From Thalia democratica (taxonomy: Eukaryota), in assembly GCA_965202585.1 (NCBI GenBank), contig OZ241827.1, forward strand, positions 10,788,001 to 10,852,000: a stretch of DNA of 64,000 nucleotides. The letters are read 5' to 3'. Shown here piece by piece: positions 35,878 through 49,800 of the stretch. The notes beneath the pieces were generated by a model, which was not told the DNA's origin, did no database searches, and was given only the letters and a program-made list of their open reading frames with translations. Positions within the stretch are counted from its first letter, which is position 1. Each line of letters begins with the position of its first letter. The position numbers and the translations under genes were made by a program.

Positions 35878-38697
35878 AACTTCTGTATATCAACATACGA
35901 ATGCCAACTACTATATCCTTCTGTACAAACTTATAAATTTCAAACCTTTTTACATACATATGTTTAAATATTAAACTGTTTAAAATCTAATTTACTATTT
36001 TACAAAATTGATTTTACAAAAAAAAAACCATTAATATTTTTTATGGATAGTTTTGCGTAAATGCATTGTGAATTTTTAAAATTTTTATTGTTTTTCTTCA
36101 CAGACACATCTGAATTGACAAATTGGACTCCTTGGTCGAGTTGATCATCCGTTTGTTACTCAGGAAATCAGAAAAGAAACAGAAAACAAATTTGTCCCGC
36201 CCTGACACAAGTGAGAAGAGTTTTAATTTGTTAATTATCCTGCTTAATAATAATTTGTTTTACGCTTAACTGAAGCGAAGTTTTGGTAAGTAGAACTAAA
36301 CGTTTAACTTATTATAAGAAAAATTTTGAGTAAGTCTTGTAGTTTTAAAAGCTAATGGTTTAAAAACTTACTTTGTTTATCTTATTACCTGCATAACGGC
36401 AACATAAAATAACATACCCGTGTTTAATCAATAAAATATACTTTAAGAATATCGTAAACGTTTGACTATCTGTTCAATATATTAGTATAAGTAAAAAGTT
36501 TTTATCGCCTTTTAAGTTCTTTTGAGTTTCTGTGTAATATTGATAACATTTGAAAGTTTTTGTAGCTAATAATTTGTTAAACAAATCCATAACAAAACTT
36601 TTTTGGTTTCAACATGTAATGTAAACAACAATGTTTTCATTTAACTGACTAAACAGGTTTTACTTACAATTTTCAACCCAAGTACAACAATTAACAGCAA
36701 CAAAAGTAGAAAGTCAACTAATGTGTAAACTGTCAAAAACAGTACTGTGGAAGCATTTATGATAAACCTTTTTCCGTAGTTTAAAAAAAACTTTAGTGTT
36801 GTAGCACTTATAACAAATACTATTTAGTAACTGTAGTGTTGTAATACTTATAACAAACAATTTTTTGTAGCACCAAGAACAGTACTGCGGAAGCGGAGCA
36901 GGTTGGGGCGAGTACTTGAACTAGTCAGTTTGTTCAGTGAGCTGCGGGCAAGGAGTCAGAAAGAGAACGAGAACACATCCCTGCCGTGAGTAACTACCTT
37001 AAGATGCTAATATGTGTTTATGACGTATGATGTAATGAATTACTTTTATGGAATAAATAGTTTTTAATTGTAAGATAACATTTTATAAAAGCGTAGAAGT
37101 TTCAATTTAATTTTTTTAAATAATATTTTCGAAAAACTCAAAGTTCAGCTCAAAGTGTCATTTGACAAAATCAAAGTTTTCGTATCACACATTAATAAAT
37201 CAACTTAAACAAAAATTAAAAATTTAATTTCACGCTCGAATGAACAGCCGATGACGTCATTGGGAGCGGTGCCGAGGATCAAACAGAAGTTTGCCGAGTC
37301 GAATGCCGAACTTCATCGGACGTTCAGGCGCTCCCCTCCGTCATCAGCTTCGACTCCAAAGAAGATGACGTCACAATGCATCATCACCGTCACGACGGAT
37401 CGGGACATCACCATGGAGACGAACTGGGTCACAGCGGCAGCGAGATGGATCGCCATGACAACGGGGGGTTGGGGGCGGCGGAGAAGGTTTTGGGGTCGAA
37501 AGTCGAGGACACGAGCGTGCAGGACGTTTTGAAAATAATACAAGCCAAGTTGGTCGGGTGAAAACAAATAAAATATAATCAAGTATTTTTGTTTATTAAA
37601 TTTCGTAGAAATGCATTTTTTTGCTCATTTCAAATGCTAACAGTTCTCTAAAAACCTAGCTTTTATGTCAGATGGTATTAACTTTAACCATTTTGAATTT
37701 CTTTTGTAGTTCATTTAAAATGTTTTGTTTTTACAACACTAGACCAATAAATTACTTTTAAAAGCTTCTATTTATTGTTGTTTCAAAATTTTCTGTTTTC
37801 TTTTACTTTTTTCAATGTCTTTAATTACGCAAAATAGAGAATAAAAAGGTTGGACATCTATGTTTAATAACTAAAGTTTTTTTATTAGAGCCAAAAAACA
37901 AAACTAAAAATTTAGAATCTATTCATTCACTTAAGTATACACAAATGACACCAATTTTCAGTAAAATTTTTATTTACATGATTAAGAGTAATAATGAATA
38001 AAATGTAAATGAATATGCAGTAAATCGAGCTACAATTAAAGAATCAGTTTCAACAAAATTCTGTAAGTCAATTGTGTCATAAAAGCGTTGTCAATTGTAG
38101 TTTAAATCGTTTCCGAAAAATCAGTTGTAACTAAATTATTTGAGCTAAGTTTTTCTACTATGTTTAGTGAACTAACTGTTGAAAATAAAAATATTTTAAC
38201 AAGTAACTAATCAAAGTACAAAATGCAGCAAATACTTTAACTATCAAGTGTGATTGTTTTAAACAACTTCACGCAGCATCCATCTCATTGTCTTGAGTGC
38301 CATGAAAGCATTGTTGGTGTCGAAATTCCTCCAAAGCATATACTCAGCACCTGCGTCTCCATCTGCTCCGTACTTTCCATTCATATTTTGGTTGTAACAG
38401 GCTCGATACCAGTTGCCTCCATTTCCCCAGTTAGTAGCGCAATTTCCCCCGATCTTGTCGTTGTCCACGTCGAATGTAGAGAATTGCATGTTGTTGTGGC
38501 CCTCGAGTGCGTCATATCCTGTTTGATAAAGTTTTATTTCTAAAGTTGAACACAAACAAAACTTTTTATATAAAAAACTGAGTTATATATAAAACGCATC
38601 AAAATCTGTCTTATAGCAAATATTATTGGTTTACTGTTTATCCGTTTTTAAGAACTAATGAACACACTGTAATAAACTTTAAAAACAGTACTAAGTT
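35878..38697. repeat. 2.8-kb segmental duplication, copy 2
   Basis: Direct repeat of 25698-28485. Confidence 0.95.
36104..37561 (+). pseudogene. 5'-truncated TSP1/His-tail duplicate (exons 36104-36210, 36871-36985, 37248-37561) with two premature stops
   Basis: TGT(Cys)>TGA at 36142-36144 and TGG(Trp)>TAG at 36922-36924; otherwise near-identical to 25910-27326. Confidence 0.9.
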
Positions 38698-41600
38698 AGT
38701 TTATAACGTTGTACTAGTGATAAAAATGAGCATTCAAACAAATATGAAGAAAATTATTTATCTTTGACGATTTAGTTTAAATATTTTTATATTTAACTTA
38801 AAACTTTTTTTTTCGACTTATTTAACATAAATAATAAAAACTTTGAATCTATTTTTCAATTAATGGGTGTGATTGGTAGAACACTGCCCTTAAAAACAAC
38901 AATAAAAATGTAAATAATGGTAGACGATCATTTCTAACTAGCGATCATTTAAAACTTCATCATTTTAAAAGATCAATGTTAAAAATAATTGGTTGTATTT
39001 AACTCCATAATATCAAGCTCAATCTTATCAAACTCCATCATAATAAACGTAACTTATATAACTTGTAACTTGATCGTACTTAGTAACTTGTACATGTTAT
39101 TTTATTATCAGTATAAAAGTTGGATTACTTATTTATAGTTTTCTTGTATTGTTAAAAGAAACGAAAGTGTACATAGGCATTATAAAAACAATGAATTGCT
39201 ATCAAATCAAATGAGCCGTTAAGTAAGCATATTATTACCTACTCGAACATTTTTAATTTAAATTAATGTCTAAAAGTTTTTTTTCTTTCGTTAGTTCTTT
39301 TATTGTACCAGTTTTTTGATAACGCAAAGACAAAAGTACTGTTCTAACATAATAGCTAGCTATATTACGTTTATTTAAAGAAAAATAGTAATAAATACAA
39401 TAAAACGTAAGTTGTAAAAATCAAAGTAAACTAAGCAGTAAATATATTTGAATATATTTATTAATAATAAACTTTAAGTCAATGTAAACTTAAAATAAAA
39501 AAGGAGGAGATAAAGAATAGAATTTATGTGAGAACAGACTATAGCTTGTTACAATAACAAATTTATAAATACTTTAGAATTACTAAAAACAATTCAAATT
39601 TAATTTTCTTCAATCTGTATTATGGATATAAGAACTACATATAAAATAAAATAATGTTTTAGCAGAGACGAATATAAGTTTTCTCGATTGAATATCATAA
39701 ATTCTTTCTTATAAAGAACTAAATAACTTTCAATAAAATACCTAATAAAATGGTTAAATCGATACTGTAAAGTAATAAGGCCTCTTCTTAAAATAAAAAC
39801 AAAAAAATAAATAAACATCTGATTAGTTATTAACTTTTGTTCTAGTGAGATAGATATTAATGATTTGTTTAACATATATATCAATATTTGGTATTTACTA
39901 AACAATTGCTATAGAGTAAATTAAAATGAGAAGGTCAGTTGTAAATAAGCTATAACTTTTAAAATATCATGTTAAGAAGCGTGCATGAAATAAAACAACT
40001 TTCAAAATATATTAAGTAAAAAAATATTTTATGTTAACTTTAACATTCAAAACTTTGAAAGTTAGCAAACTAGAAGAAGCTAAACTGTTAATATATGGAC
40101 AAATCTAAAAATAAATTAAAACAAATTAAAAATTCATTATCACAACGAGTTTGAAATGATGAAATTTAATATTTTCGAATTTGATATGACCAAAAGTAAA
40201 ATAATCGCGAATTAAAAAGGTAGTAAGCCGTAAAAAAAAATTTTAACAATGATTGATAAAATAAAAATGTTATAAGAAATACTAACCTACGTTACCAGAG
40301 AACGAGTTCTTTTCAAAAGTAAGTCTGTAGTTGTCTGTACCATCAGCTACTTTGAAGTTTCTAAATAAATATTCATATACAAAAAGTTCATTAAATATTT
40401 GTTTTAAAAGTGATATCTAAATAAAAAACTAGGATTCATATAAAGTTATCAAAAAAACTCTTTCAAAGAATTCTTAAGAACTAGAAGTTGACTATGAACA
40501 AAGTTATATTAAATTATCTAGCTTTATTAGTTAAACTAAAAGTATTCTTTCTTTTAAGAAAAATGGCAAACACTACTTGAGTATAATACAAACCATATTG
40601 CTGTTTCAAAGATGCTATTTAGTTCCGCATATAAAGTTAGTTTTTAAAAACTGTGTTCGTTTTAAAAAACAAATGTCTTAATGAAAGTTGTTAAATATAA
40701 AGTATATTATCCAAGACATTGCATTGAACGTTATCCGAATGTATGTTTGAAAATATTAAAATTTACCGTCAGTAAGATGGTTGTGAACAAACAGTTTATT
40801 ATATAATTTGTTAAATTATAAGGTTTTAAACGCAACAAAACAATAGGAAAAAAAATATTCAAGTGTTTTATGCATTGACTTTAAATAAAAAAAATATATT
40901 GTATGTGGTGAGGATTTTTTCAAACAGACTAACCTATATTCAGCATATTTTTTTTCACCTTTGTAGCTTTCCATCTCTATTCTGACTTGATAGTTTCTTC
41001 CATCGCTGGTTATATTGCTGATTGTTTTCAAACCTGTTACATATAGTTTGACATTAGTGAAAAGCGTTACTTGTAACTTTTTATCATCATAATACTGTTC
41101 AACTTCATTATTTATTAGTTTTTACAATCAATTGTAGTATAACATTAAGAGTAATCCTCGCAATGTTTATATATTAAATTTTTGTTTTACTTTCATACTT
41201 AACATATTGCTATTCATACTTTCTTACCAAGCCAGAATTCTCCATTTATATCTCCGAAGAAGTTTTCGTAAGTCGTCCAACTCCTATTAAATTCGACAGA
41301 TCCGTCATATCTGTTGTGAAAAACCTGCAAACAAAAAATCTAGTTATTTAACAACTTAAGTCTGGTATAAATTACTTAATAATGTTAGAAGATACACTTG
41401 TATTTAAATTTGCTGTAAAAACGTCGAACCTGTTTTGTTTCATCTTAAAAATCAAGTTTTAAATAAACAAGAAAACCATAAACAATTAGAAAAGATGTTC
41501 AAAAGAATTGTTTATACAACTTATTTCATGCTTATGTAAATTGTGATTTTATATAATGTACATTTTATCAAACCTACTATGCATCACCTTCAAAATTAAA

Positions 41601-44600
41601 TGTTTGTTGTTTATATTACATACTAATAAAAACTGTAATTTTATTTCTGTACTGTTAAATTAAATATTATATGTGCAATAAACTATTCAAAGGTATATTT
41701 TAATGCTTAATATATCACTTTTAAAGTAAACACAAGGAAAAATCTGACTAAACTATTTAATTAAAAGTAGTGTGATTTTTTTAGTTACAAATATCTTAAT
41801 ATAATTGTCAGTTTATAATAAGTTTTCATAAAAAATTAAAAATATCTATTAGCTCTATGTAAGTTAAAATTTTGTAGGTTTTAGATGTAACACAAAGCTT
41901 ATTTTACCAATTTTACTTGTTTTCTTTTTGTACAACTTTGCTGTTTAATAGAATATAAACAAGTAAAATTGGTAAATAAGCTTTGTATATATATATATAT
42001 ATTTGTTTATCTTGAAATTACTTCTAATTATTGTGTAAGAAAATTATTCAAAACATCTGACTGTAATTGTTTAGGTACTTAAACTTAAAAAAACCTAATT
42101 TTTTAAGTCATTACTCCTATACTTAGATATTTTTATAAAATTTAATAAACTTATTAATGAAATACTAACAATCCATCCTCCGTCAGCTGACCTCATTTCA
42201 CAAAACAGGTTGACGTGTTTCTCACCAACTAGAAATTCGTAAACTCCTGATTTTCTACTCATACCCGGTATTTGTAACGATTGACAATCTGTAAAATAAC
42301 TTGTATATAGTTTTTTAGTTGAATTTTGCTATACTGAAAATATAACTATGAAAAAAAACTTCTATTTCTCTATTGAACTATCGTTAATTTATATTTGCAT
42401 ATATTGTTTAATTATCACTTAAAGAAAAACATTGCATATATTTACATATGTTTTTCAAGTATATATTTCATTGTAAAATTGACAATTTGTTACAATAGTT
42501 ACATGTATTAATAAAACGTGGCTTGGTTATATTTTAATTATCAAGTTGTAAAATAAAGTTTTTGAGTTTTGGAATATTTTTAAAGTTTAAAAATAATATT
42601 TAATGTTCAATAATCAACAAATAAAGAAATTTATATAATAAATGAATATAATTTATAAATAAAAGCTATTGTAAGCATTCACAAACACTATTCAGTTTAC
42701 ATCTAATTGAAAAGTAAAAGCTGTTCTTTTCAGTCATTAGATTTTTTTTACATTATTTGAAAAGTTAACTTAAAGTTGAAAAAACTGAACAAATTATTTA
42801 GAAACCTTAAATAACTGAATTGCAGCAGTGCATATTTTTATTTATTTTTATTATTTATATTTTCTCTAAGTTTCCTTTCCGAAAAACAATTAATTATTTT
42901 ATTAGTTTTACTAAAACTTTTTGCCTTAACACTTAAAGTAATAATTGATTTTTACTATATACGGTATCATTTTTACCAAATTTCTTATGCACGTATATTT
43001 TTATTGACATTATGCTTGTTTCATATAATAACTTTTTATATATTTACATATATTTATATAAAATTCTTTATAAATATTCAGACTTATAATACGACGTAAG
43101 CAAAATTTTCTATAAAGATAGATGTGTTTACTTAAAATGGCTAAAAAGCATACCATTAATATTAGAGCAGTTTTTTAAGTTCATTAAAATACGAAAACAT
43201 CAGATTAATTATAATTATAATCAAATTGAACAGAAATAAAAGTTTAAACAATATACATTGGTACGACGAATAACAATAAGTAAAAATTCGAATGTGGCTG
43301 AGGTGATATTCAGATAAGCTCTTAAGATTATTTGTGTTATAATAGGTTTTTTAATCATTAAGTTAATAATAACTCATAAAGTTTTCGAATGAGATAAATT
43401 AAAAGCTTTACATTTTAATTACATATAAATTTCACAATGTTTATATATGATTACAACAATTTTTAATTGTTGATAATTTAAAATTAAACACTGTTTGTTA
43501 TTCTTATAAAATAAAAAAGTTTAACAATTCGAAATTGAAACACAAAATAAGTTTCATAACTTTATGAAGTTTAATTACTAACAAGTAAATATTTCACTTA
43601 ATAACACGTTTACTTTTACCTGTAGAAGGATAAAAAGTCATTACTTTTGGTTTTGTAAATTTTACGTTTAAATGTTTATTTGTTATTATCTTTTTTAACA
43701 TGTCTTCTGTTAAAAAAAGATTATTATATATACTCGGGTGCAATTTTAACATAAATATTAAAAGTAAAATAACTGATAAAAAAAATTACTGATAATATAC
43801 TATAAAAGTGTTTATTAACTGTTGGAACCTTTATTTACTGTTATGACTTTATTCACTTTAAAATTTACAATTGTAACTTTGTAAACTAAAAACTATACAT
43901 ATAACTATATGTTATATTAGTTTTTATGAAATTGTTTTTATTTACTTTTATTATTTAAATTTTAGTTTAAAGTTACAATAAGTTGTATTTTTTATCCAAC
44001 AAAACTATATACAAAAGTATAAATATATTTCGTATGAACGTTTATGAGCTAAACTGCATTTATTGTTATTACATAAGCTTATTTTTTAAGTAAAATAAGT
44101 TATAATTCTTTATTCAAACAACTTAGCACTAACATTTCTTGTCTGGTACACATTTCGGAGCGATGAGTTTCCACATACCACTGCCAAATCCATCATCTAT
44201 ACAGTAATTGATGGTTAAGCAAGCATCATCTATTTCGAAACCTAATAAAAGTAATTGATTGTTAAAAATGTACAATATTTGTTTTCAAAAAATGTTTTCA
44301 TATTATTTTCAACAAATTGTAACGCCCTTTTTCTAAAAAACAACAATAAAAGTTTAGAGTTTGCTTTTTTCTAACGCAAACTGTCATTAGGGTGTACAAA
44401 CACTTTATGGTTTTCAATTTAAAACACATACTATTTATTTTAAAAACACACTTACTGGTTATATTTAGGTAAAAGTTCGGTAGAAAGTTTCAAAATATTT
44501 GGTTTGTAACGATTTTGTTACCAAGTTATGAAGTATTTCATTACATAATAATTTCAATAAAAAATGTTTACTTACCCTTATTGCAAGAATAAGTACATTC

Positions 44601-45630
44601 GCTACCCACTTTATTATCAAGAGTGCATTCTATATTGCCATTAGAAATTCCTTTTAATCGCGGACAGTCGGTTACTGTTATTAATTTATTATATTAGCTT
44701 TAATAAGCGTTGCTTTATGATTAAACATTGATTTGGTGAAGAAGTTTTGATCTTTAGGCATTGCATGAAAGTTAAGGAAATTAAACATATATCTATTCAA
44801 GTTCATAATTACTGATTATTATCAGGAGCGAATAAACTTTAATTGTTAATAGTTTATGAAAATTTAACTTTTCGTCTTAATTAAAATAGAAGTATCAAAA
44901 ATAAACGTTTTCAGGATTCAAAGTATGTACTGAGTATTTTTTATTTGCTTTTATATTATAGCTATAAGAATTATTAAAATCGGAATTTGTAAAGCTTATC
45001 ATTTAATGCATATATTCAGTATTATTTTTTTAACGCTAACTCTAAAGCAAGGTTAGTACAAGTTTGAAACGTTGAGAGTAAATACCCATGAATTACTTCT
45101 TAAAATGATATACTTTTTGTCTCCTAGTTATAGTTATATTATAATTTATTAATTAACAAAATACTTTTAGCATATAATTCAAACTTAAGCACTACTCTAA
45201 AGACTATCAAATATAAAAATAATGCTGTAAAATTATAATCTTTTAATTAATTAATTGTTCAAAATTTCTTTTTTATCTAAATGCTAAAAGAAAAAATAAA
45301 GAATATGAATTTATAAGTACTTGCTGTGTATAATGTGTTCAAAAACATAAGTCTTCAGTTAAAATGTAATAGCTAAGTCTTAGTTTAGTTTCTTTTCAAT
45401 TAACTAATAAAAAATCTTGATGGTGATTATTTGTAGGAAAACGAACCTATAAAATAAATTTCATTAGAAAAGTATAGAATCAGAAAACGATAATTTTACT
45501 ATTCTTGTAATTATTTAAAAAGAAATTTAATAAACAAATAAACCATTTAAAATATTTCTCTTAGCTTACCTTGTACATTTTCAGCTCTAATTTTTAAGAA
45601 CATGAATGCGAAGATGAGTAGAAATTTCAT
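38259..45630 (-). CDS. Complete secreted sushi (CCP) + fibrinogen-related domain protein, 305 aa; exons 45630-45570, 44674-44576, 44241-44134, 42288-42170, 41324-41228, 41033-40934, 40360-40287, 38518-38259
   Basis: Exon lengths 61+99+108+119+97+100+74+260 = 918 nt with matching phases and GT-AG borders. Signal peptide [16 protein letters not shown]; sushi [14 protein letters not shown]...[10 protein letters not shown]...[10 protein letters not shown]; FReD motifs [31 protein letters not shown]...[32 protein letters not shown]. Confidence 0.92.
41892..41986. repeat. Intronic inverted repeat (~30-bp arms, ~35-nt spacer)
   Basis: ACAAAGCTTATTTTACCAATTTTACTTGTTT ... AAACAAGTAAAATTGGTAAATAAGCTTTGT; the arms differ by one T. 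Confidence 0.8.
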
Positions 45631-46837
45631 GTTTATAGAATAAAGTTGTAGAATAAACTAAATCTGTATAAAAAATTACTTATTTTTTCAACTGGTTGTA
45701 TAATTAAACTTTTTTGCTTATCAACTTAAAATATATATTATTTTCTTTTATGTTATGAAAGGCAAATAAGTTAACTTGATAGTTTTTAAAGTTTAAGAAA
45801 CTTGACTAAAAACTTTACGTCTTCTTCGAAAGCATTAACAAAATATAAAGTCTTATTAATAAACCCTAATCCTTTTTTCGTGATATAAATACTAAAAAAA
45901 TGTTCAAAGAATACAAAATAAGTAAACTAAAATACATTCAAACAGTGCGAGTAGCCCGTCACACGACAAATCTTGTGCAAGTTAAATTTTTAGAGGAAAC
46001 TGAACAGCTTAACTTTGTTTTTTGTATTTATAATCGTTAAGTACATTATACTCACAGGAAAACTAGCTAATGAGACAACAAACTAAAGCAAATGATAAAC
46101 CAGCATTTTAAGTAAACTTTAAGCTCATAATATTTACTTCTAGGTTAAACTTTGAACGTTATACAAGATCATCAAAAGCAAAATCGTGATATTAACTTGA
46201 TTAAATAAATTCAGTAACTTTTTAATTAAAAAAAAATTAAGCACTTTTGTAAGGTCAAAGGTTACGACTAAAGTTTACACTTTCTAGCTTTACTATTTTA
46301 TTTGCGTATTTAAAATTAAAAATACTATCTTTGTCCACTATAACTATTCAGATGATTTGAAAGATTAATATTTTGCAAATACAACATAATTGAACTAATT
46401 TTTTTTGATAAATTTAATCAATTACTGTTGTAAAATCCATGTTTATAGAAAAAAATATTTTTGCTAAATTTGTTCTAAGTTCTAAAATTTTTATTACATA
46501 AAAATTTAGGTATTTTATTTATACATTTAAAACTCTTATTGAAAATAAATTCTTTATTCTAACTTAATTACAAAGTTAAAATTATTTTTAGGTTATTTTA
46601 TTAGTAATCTTAGAATAAACTATAAAACATCATAATTTTTTTTTATGAATAAAAGATACTAGTCATTACTTTTTAAATCTAGCACATAAAATTTAATATA
46701 AACTTTTAAATAAACTCTATTATAATTTTGATTCAGTTAAATTTTGATTAAAGTATTGACAAAAGAATAAATATTAAACACAACATTACCAACTTCTCAC
46801 TAACAAAGAAAAGTAAACACTAATTTGGTTAATTATG

Positions 46838-49800
46838 CAAAGTTGTAAAAGCGAAATTAAAGGTCACAATTTAATTTAAGTTTAAATTTTAAGTTTGTGC
46901 ACGACTATCTAACTAAACGTGTGATTACAAATTTTACTAAGGTAAATACTGTTACAAAGTATACAGTATGTTGTTTTTGAACTTTTATAGGATTAAAAGT
47001 CTAAGTTTAAATTTAACTTTTAAATTGTTTTTAATAAATAGTTAATAAGCACAAAAATTATTATAAATAATTATAACTGTAATAGTTTTAATATACAGTA
47101 AAATTAGCGCATTTAAGGTTAAAATATTTGTAAAAGTTTAATTTGCATTATAATTGCTTTTATGTACAGCTTTATAATATAAGAGTAAGCTAATTTTAAT
47201 TATAATGAAAAAGATTAGTTATAAGTAAAGCAAGTAGTAAGCGTTAATTAGCACAACTTATAGTAGAAAGATAACTAAATAACTATATTTAAAATTTTAC
47301 TGGACCTGATTGTGAAAAAAAATAAAACATACAAATAGTATCAAAAATACTATTTTATTATAAAGAAGCAAAAAACTAATCCTTAAAAATTAATCTACCT
47401 TACAAACTGTTTTTTCTTGAATATTTTATAATCTATTATGTACTTATCATGTTTTTCAATAAATTGTAAAAATAAAGCTTACTAACAAATTAAAATGATA
47501 AATATTAGTTAAGCAAATATTAACTCAGTTATTACAAAAATGTTAAAAAACAGTCAGTGGTTTGACATAATTTCTCATGTAGGTTAAATACTAAATTTTG
47601 TTCACGGCCATTTAAGAAACGTTTTTTTTTTATGTTTGCTAGTATAAATGTCCTATGCAGTTTTGTTACTATTGTATAACTAAATGTCCGTATCAATCTG
47701 CAAAATGTTTGGCTTTAAAAGTATAGTATTTACTTTTATAGTTATAGTTATTTATTAACTTTCTTATTTAAAACTTAAATAAAAAGTTTTTTTATACATT
47801 CTAACAACTACTAATCAATATTTTGTAAGTCCACCACATAATTTTGTTTTAAGCTTTTGAAAAAACTTTATTTAAATTTTGATTTTTTTTTTATTAAAAC
47901 ATTTATTAAAACAAAAAATAAGAAAACCATTATATAACCAACTTGCAAATAAAATAAAGTCAATAATAGTTTTGTCTTTTCAAGCAAAGTTGTAAAAGCG
48001 AAATTAAAGGCCACGATTTTAATTTTAGGTTAATATTTTAAATTTGTGCACGACTATCTAACTAAACGTGTAATTACAATTTTTACTATGTTTAATACTG
48101 TTACAAAGTATACAGTATGTTGTTTTTGAACTTTCATAGGATTAAAAGTCAAAGTTTAAACTTTCTAAGTTTATTTTTTTAGTAATAAATACTTAGACCT
48201 GAGTTAATGTATTTTAAAACTGATATTCCTTTAACCGCTTTAAATGTTTTATACTAATGTTATATATATACTCAAAATTGCTAAATTACCTAAATAAAAT
48301 TTTCAAACATTATTTTATTTTTATTGTTTTTTACTAGCTTGTTAATTTGATTTTAATAGAATTGAATAGACGTTTTTTATTCTACTCTTTTATAAATAAT
48401 TTCGGTTTACATTTCTTTTTCGATAAATGCGTTACGTCTAAAAAAATATACTGGTAAATGTATCTTAGTCGATAACATTAAATGTTAACTATATTTGGGG
48501 TATTTAAAATCAGTATTCAATTATATTTGAATCAAAAATAATCTAATTGTTCCCTTAATCTCTCTCAAAAACTGTTTTTCAATTCTTAAACAACTGATTT
48601 GCTTTTGTTTAAAAATTTTTTGGAAGTTATAACTATCATACTAAAAAACAAAGAATTCTTAATATAAAAAAGTGAAAAATAACTTGGTCGTTTCAAAAAA
48701 GTGATAACTTTACAGAACAAAATTTCATATCTTCTTTTCTAAATTAAAAAGCTGAAAGTTTTCCACGACTTTCTCAATAAATGTGTAATTACTAGTCTAA
48801 GTTATGCTGTTTACAGTTTTAAACGTTTAATTTAATACTTTTTAAAGCTAAAGGTCATCTTTAAAATTTTTGTTGATATAGATTTTTGTGTTTAGTTAGT
48901 ACGAGTTTGACTATAAAATTGTTATTTTAATTAACAAGATAAGTATAAAGACTTTAAATTAAAGTTATTCCCTTTGGCTCCTTTGCTGCCGACGGCCCAC
49001 TTTGAAAAGCCCTGCTGTAAACTGAAGTCATTTAGTTTTTATCACTGTAAGGCTTTATTATACTTTTGAAAATGATTGTATTTAAATTATATTTTATTTA
49101 GTTAAAAGAAGAAAAAACAAACGTCTATCTTTTTGTATGGTTCTTAAGCAGTACAAAATATAAAACAAATATGTTTTTTTTACAATATTGAACCAGTAAG
49201 TAAAGTATAAACCCTTTTAGGTTAAAATATGCAAAGTTATAAATTAAAAACTATTAAATGTTTACCACTGAGTTGTTATTAACTGAATTTTTTCAGATAT
49301 ATTTATATTAAGTATAAGCAAAAATTGTAGAAAAGCTGTGAGTGTTGTGACATATAGTATAACGATCCGAATTTAGTTTGTCACTTTAAATTTCAAAGCA
49401 AAATCCACGTTTAATGAAACTGCATTTAATTACCAATGGAAAACAGATGATGAACATTATATTATTCTTTTAGATTCTTAGTATTTTTTATCAAGAAGGC
49501 TGCATTTAAGCATGATACAATTTTAATTTTAGTAAAACTAGACTTAAATATTTTTTTTGGTGAGTAAACTCTCTCAAAAACTTTTTTTTTATTTTTAATC
49601 AACTGATTAGTTTTTGTTTTAAAAATTCTTGGAAGTTATAACTATCTTACTTAAAAAACAATCCACTGTTAATATTAAAAGTGAATAATATCTATAATAG
49701 TTGTAAAAGCAAGATTAAAGGTCACAATTTTAGTTTTAGGTTCAAATTTTAAGTTTGTGCACGACTATCTAACTAAACGTGTGATTACAAATTTTTACTA

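Noticed and set aside
28045-38518. Diversity-generating-retroelement-like template/variable pair for the FReD exon
   Set aside because: Changes are not restricted to adenines of either copy (e.g. AAC/TCG, AAG/GTT, ATC/TGG), and there is no reverse transcriptase in the window.
38250-38543. 97-aa plus-strand ORF
   Set aside because: Antisense of the FReD last exon.
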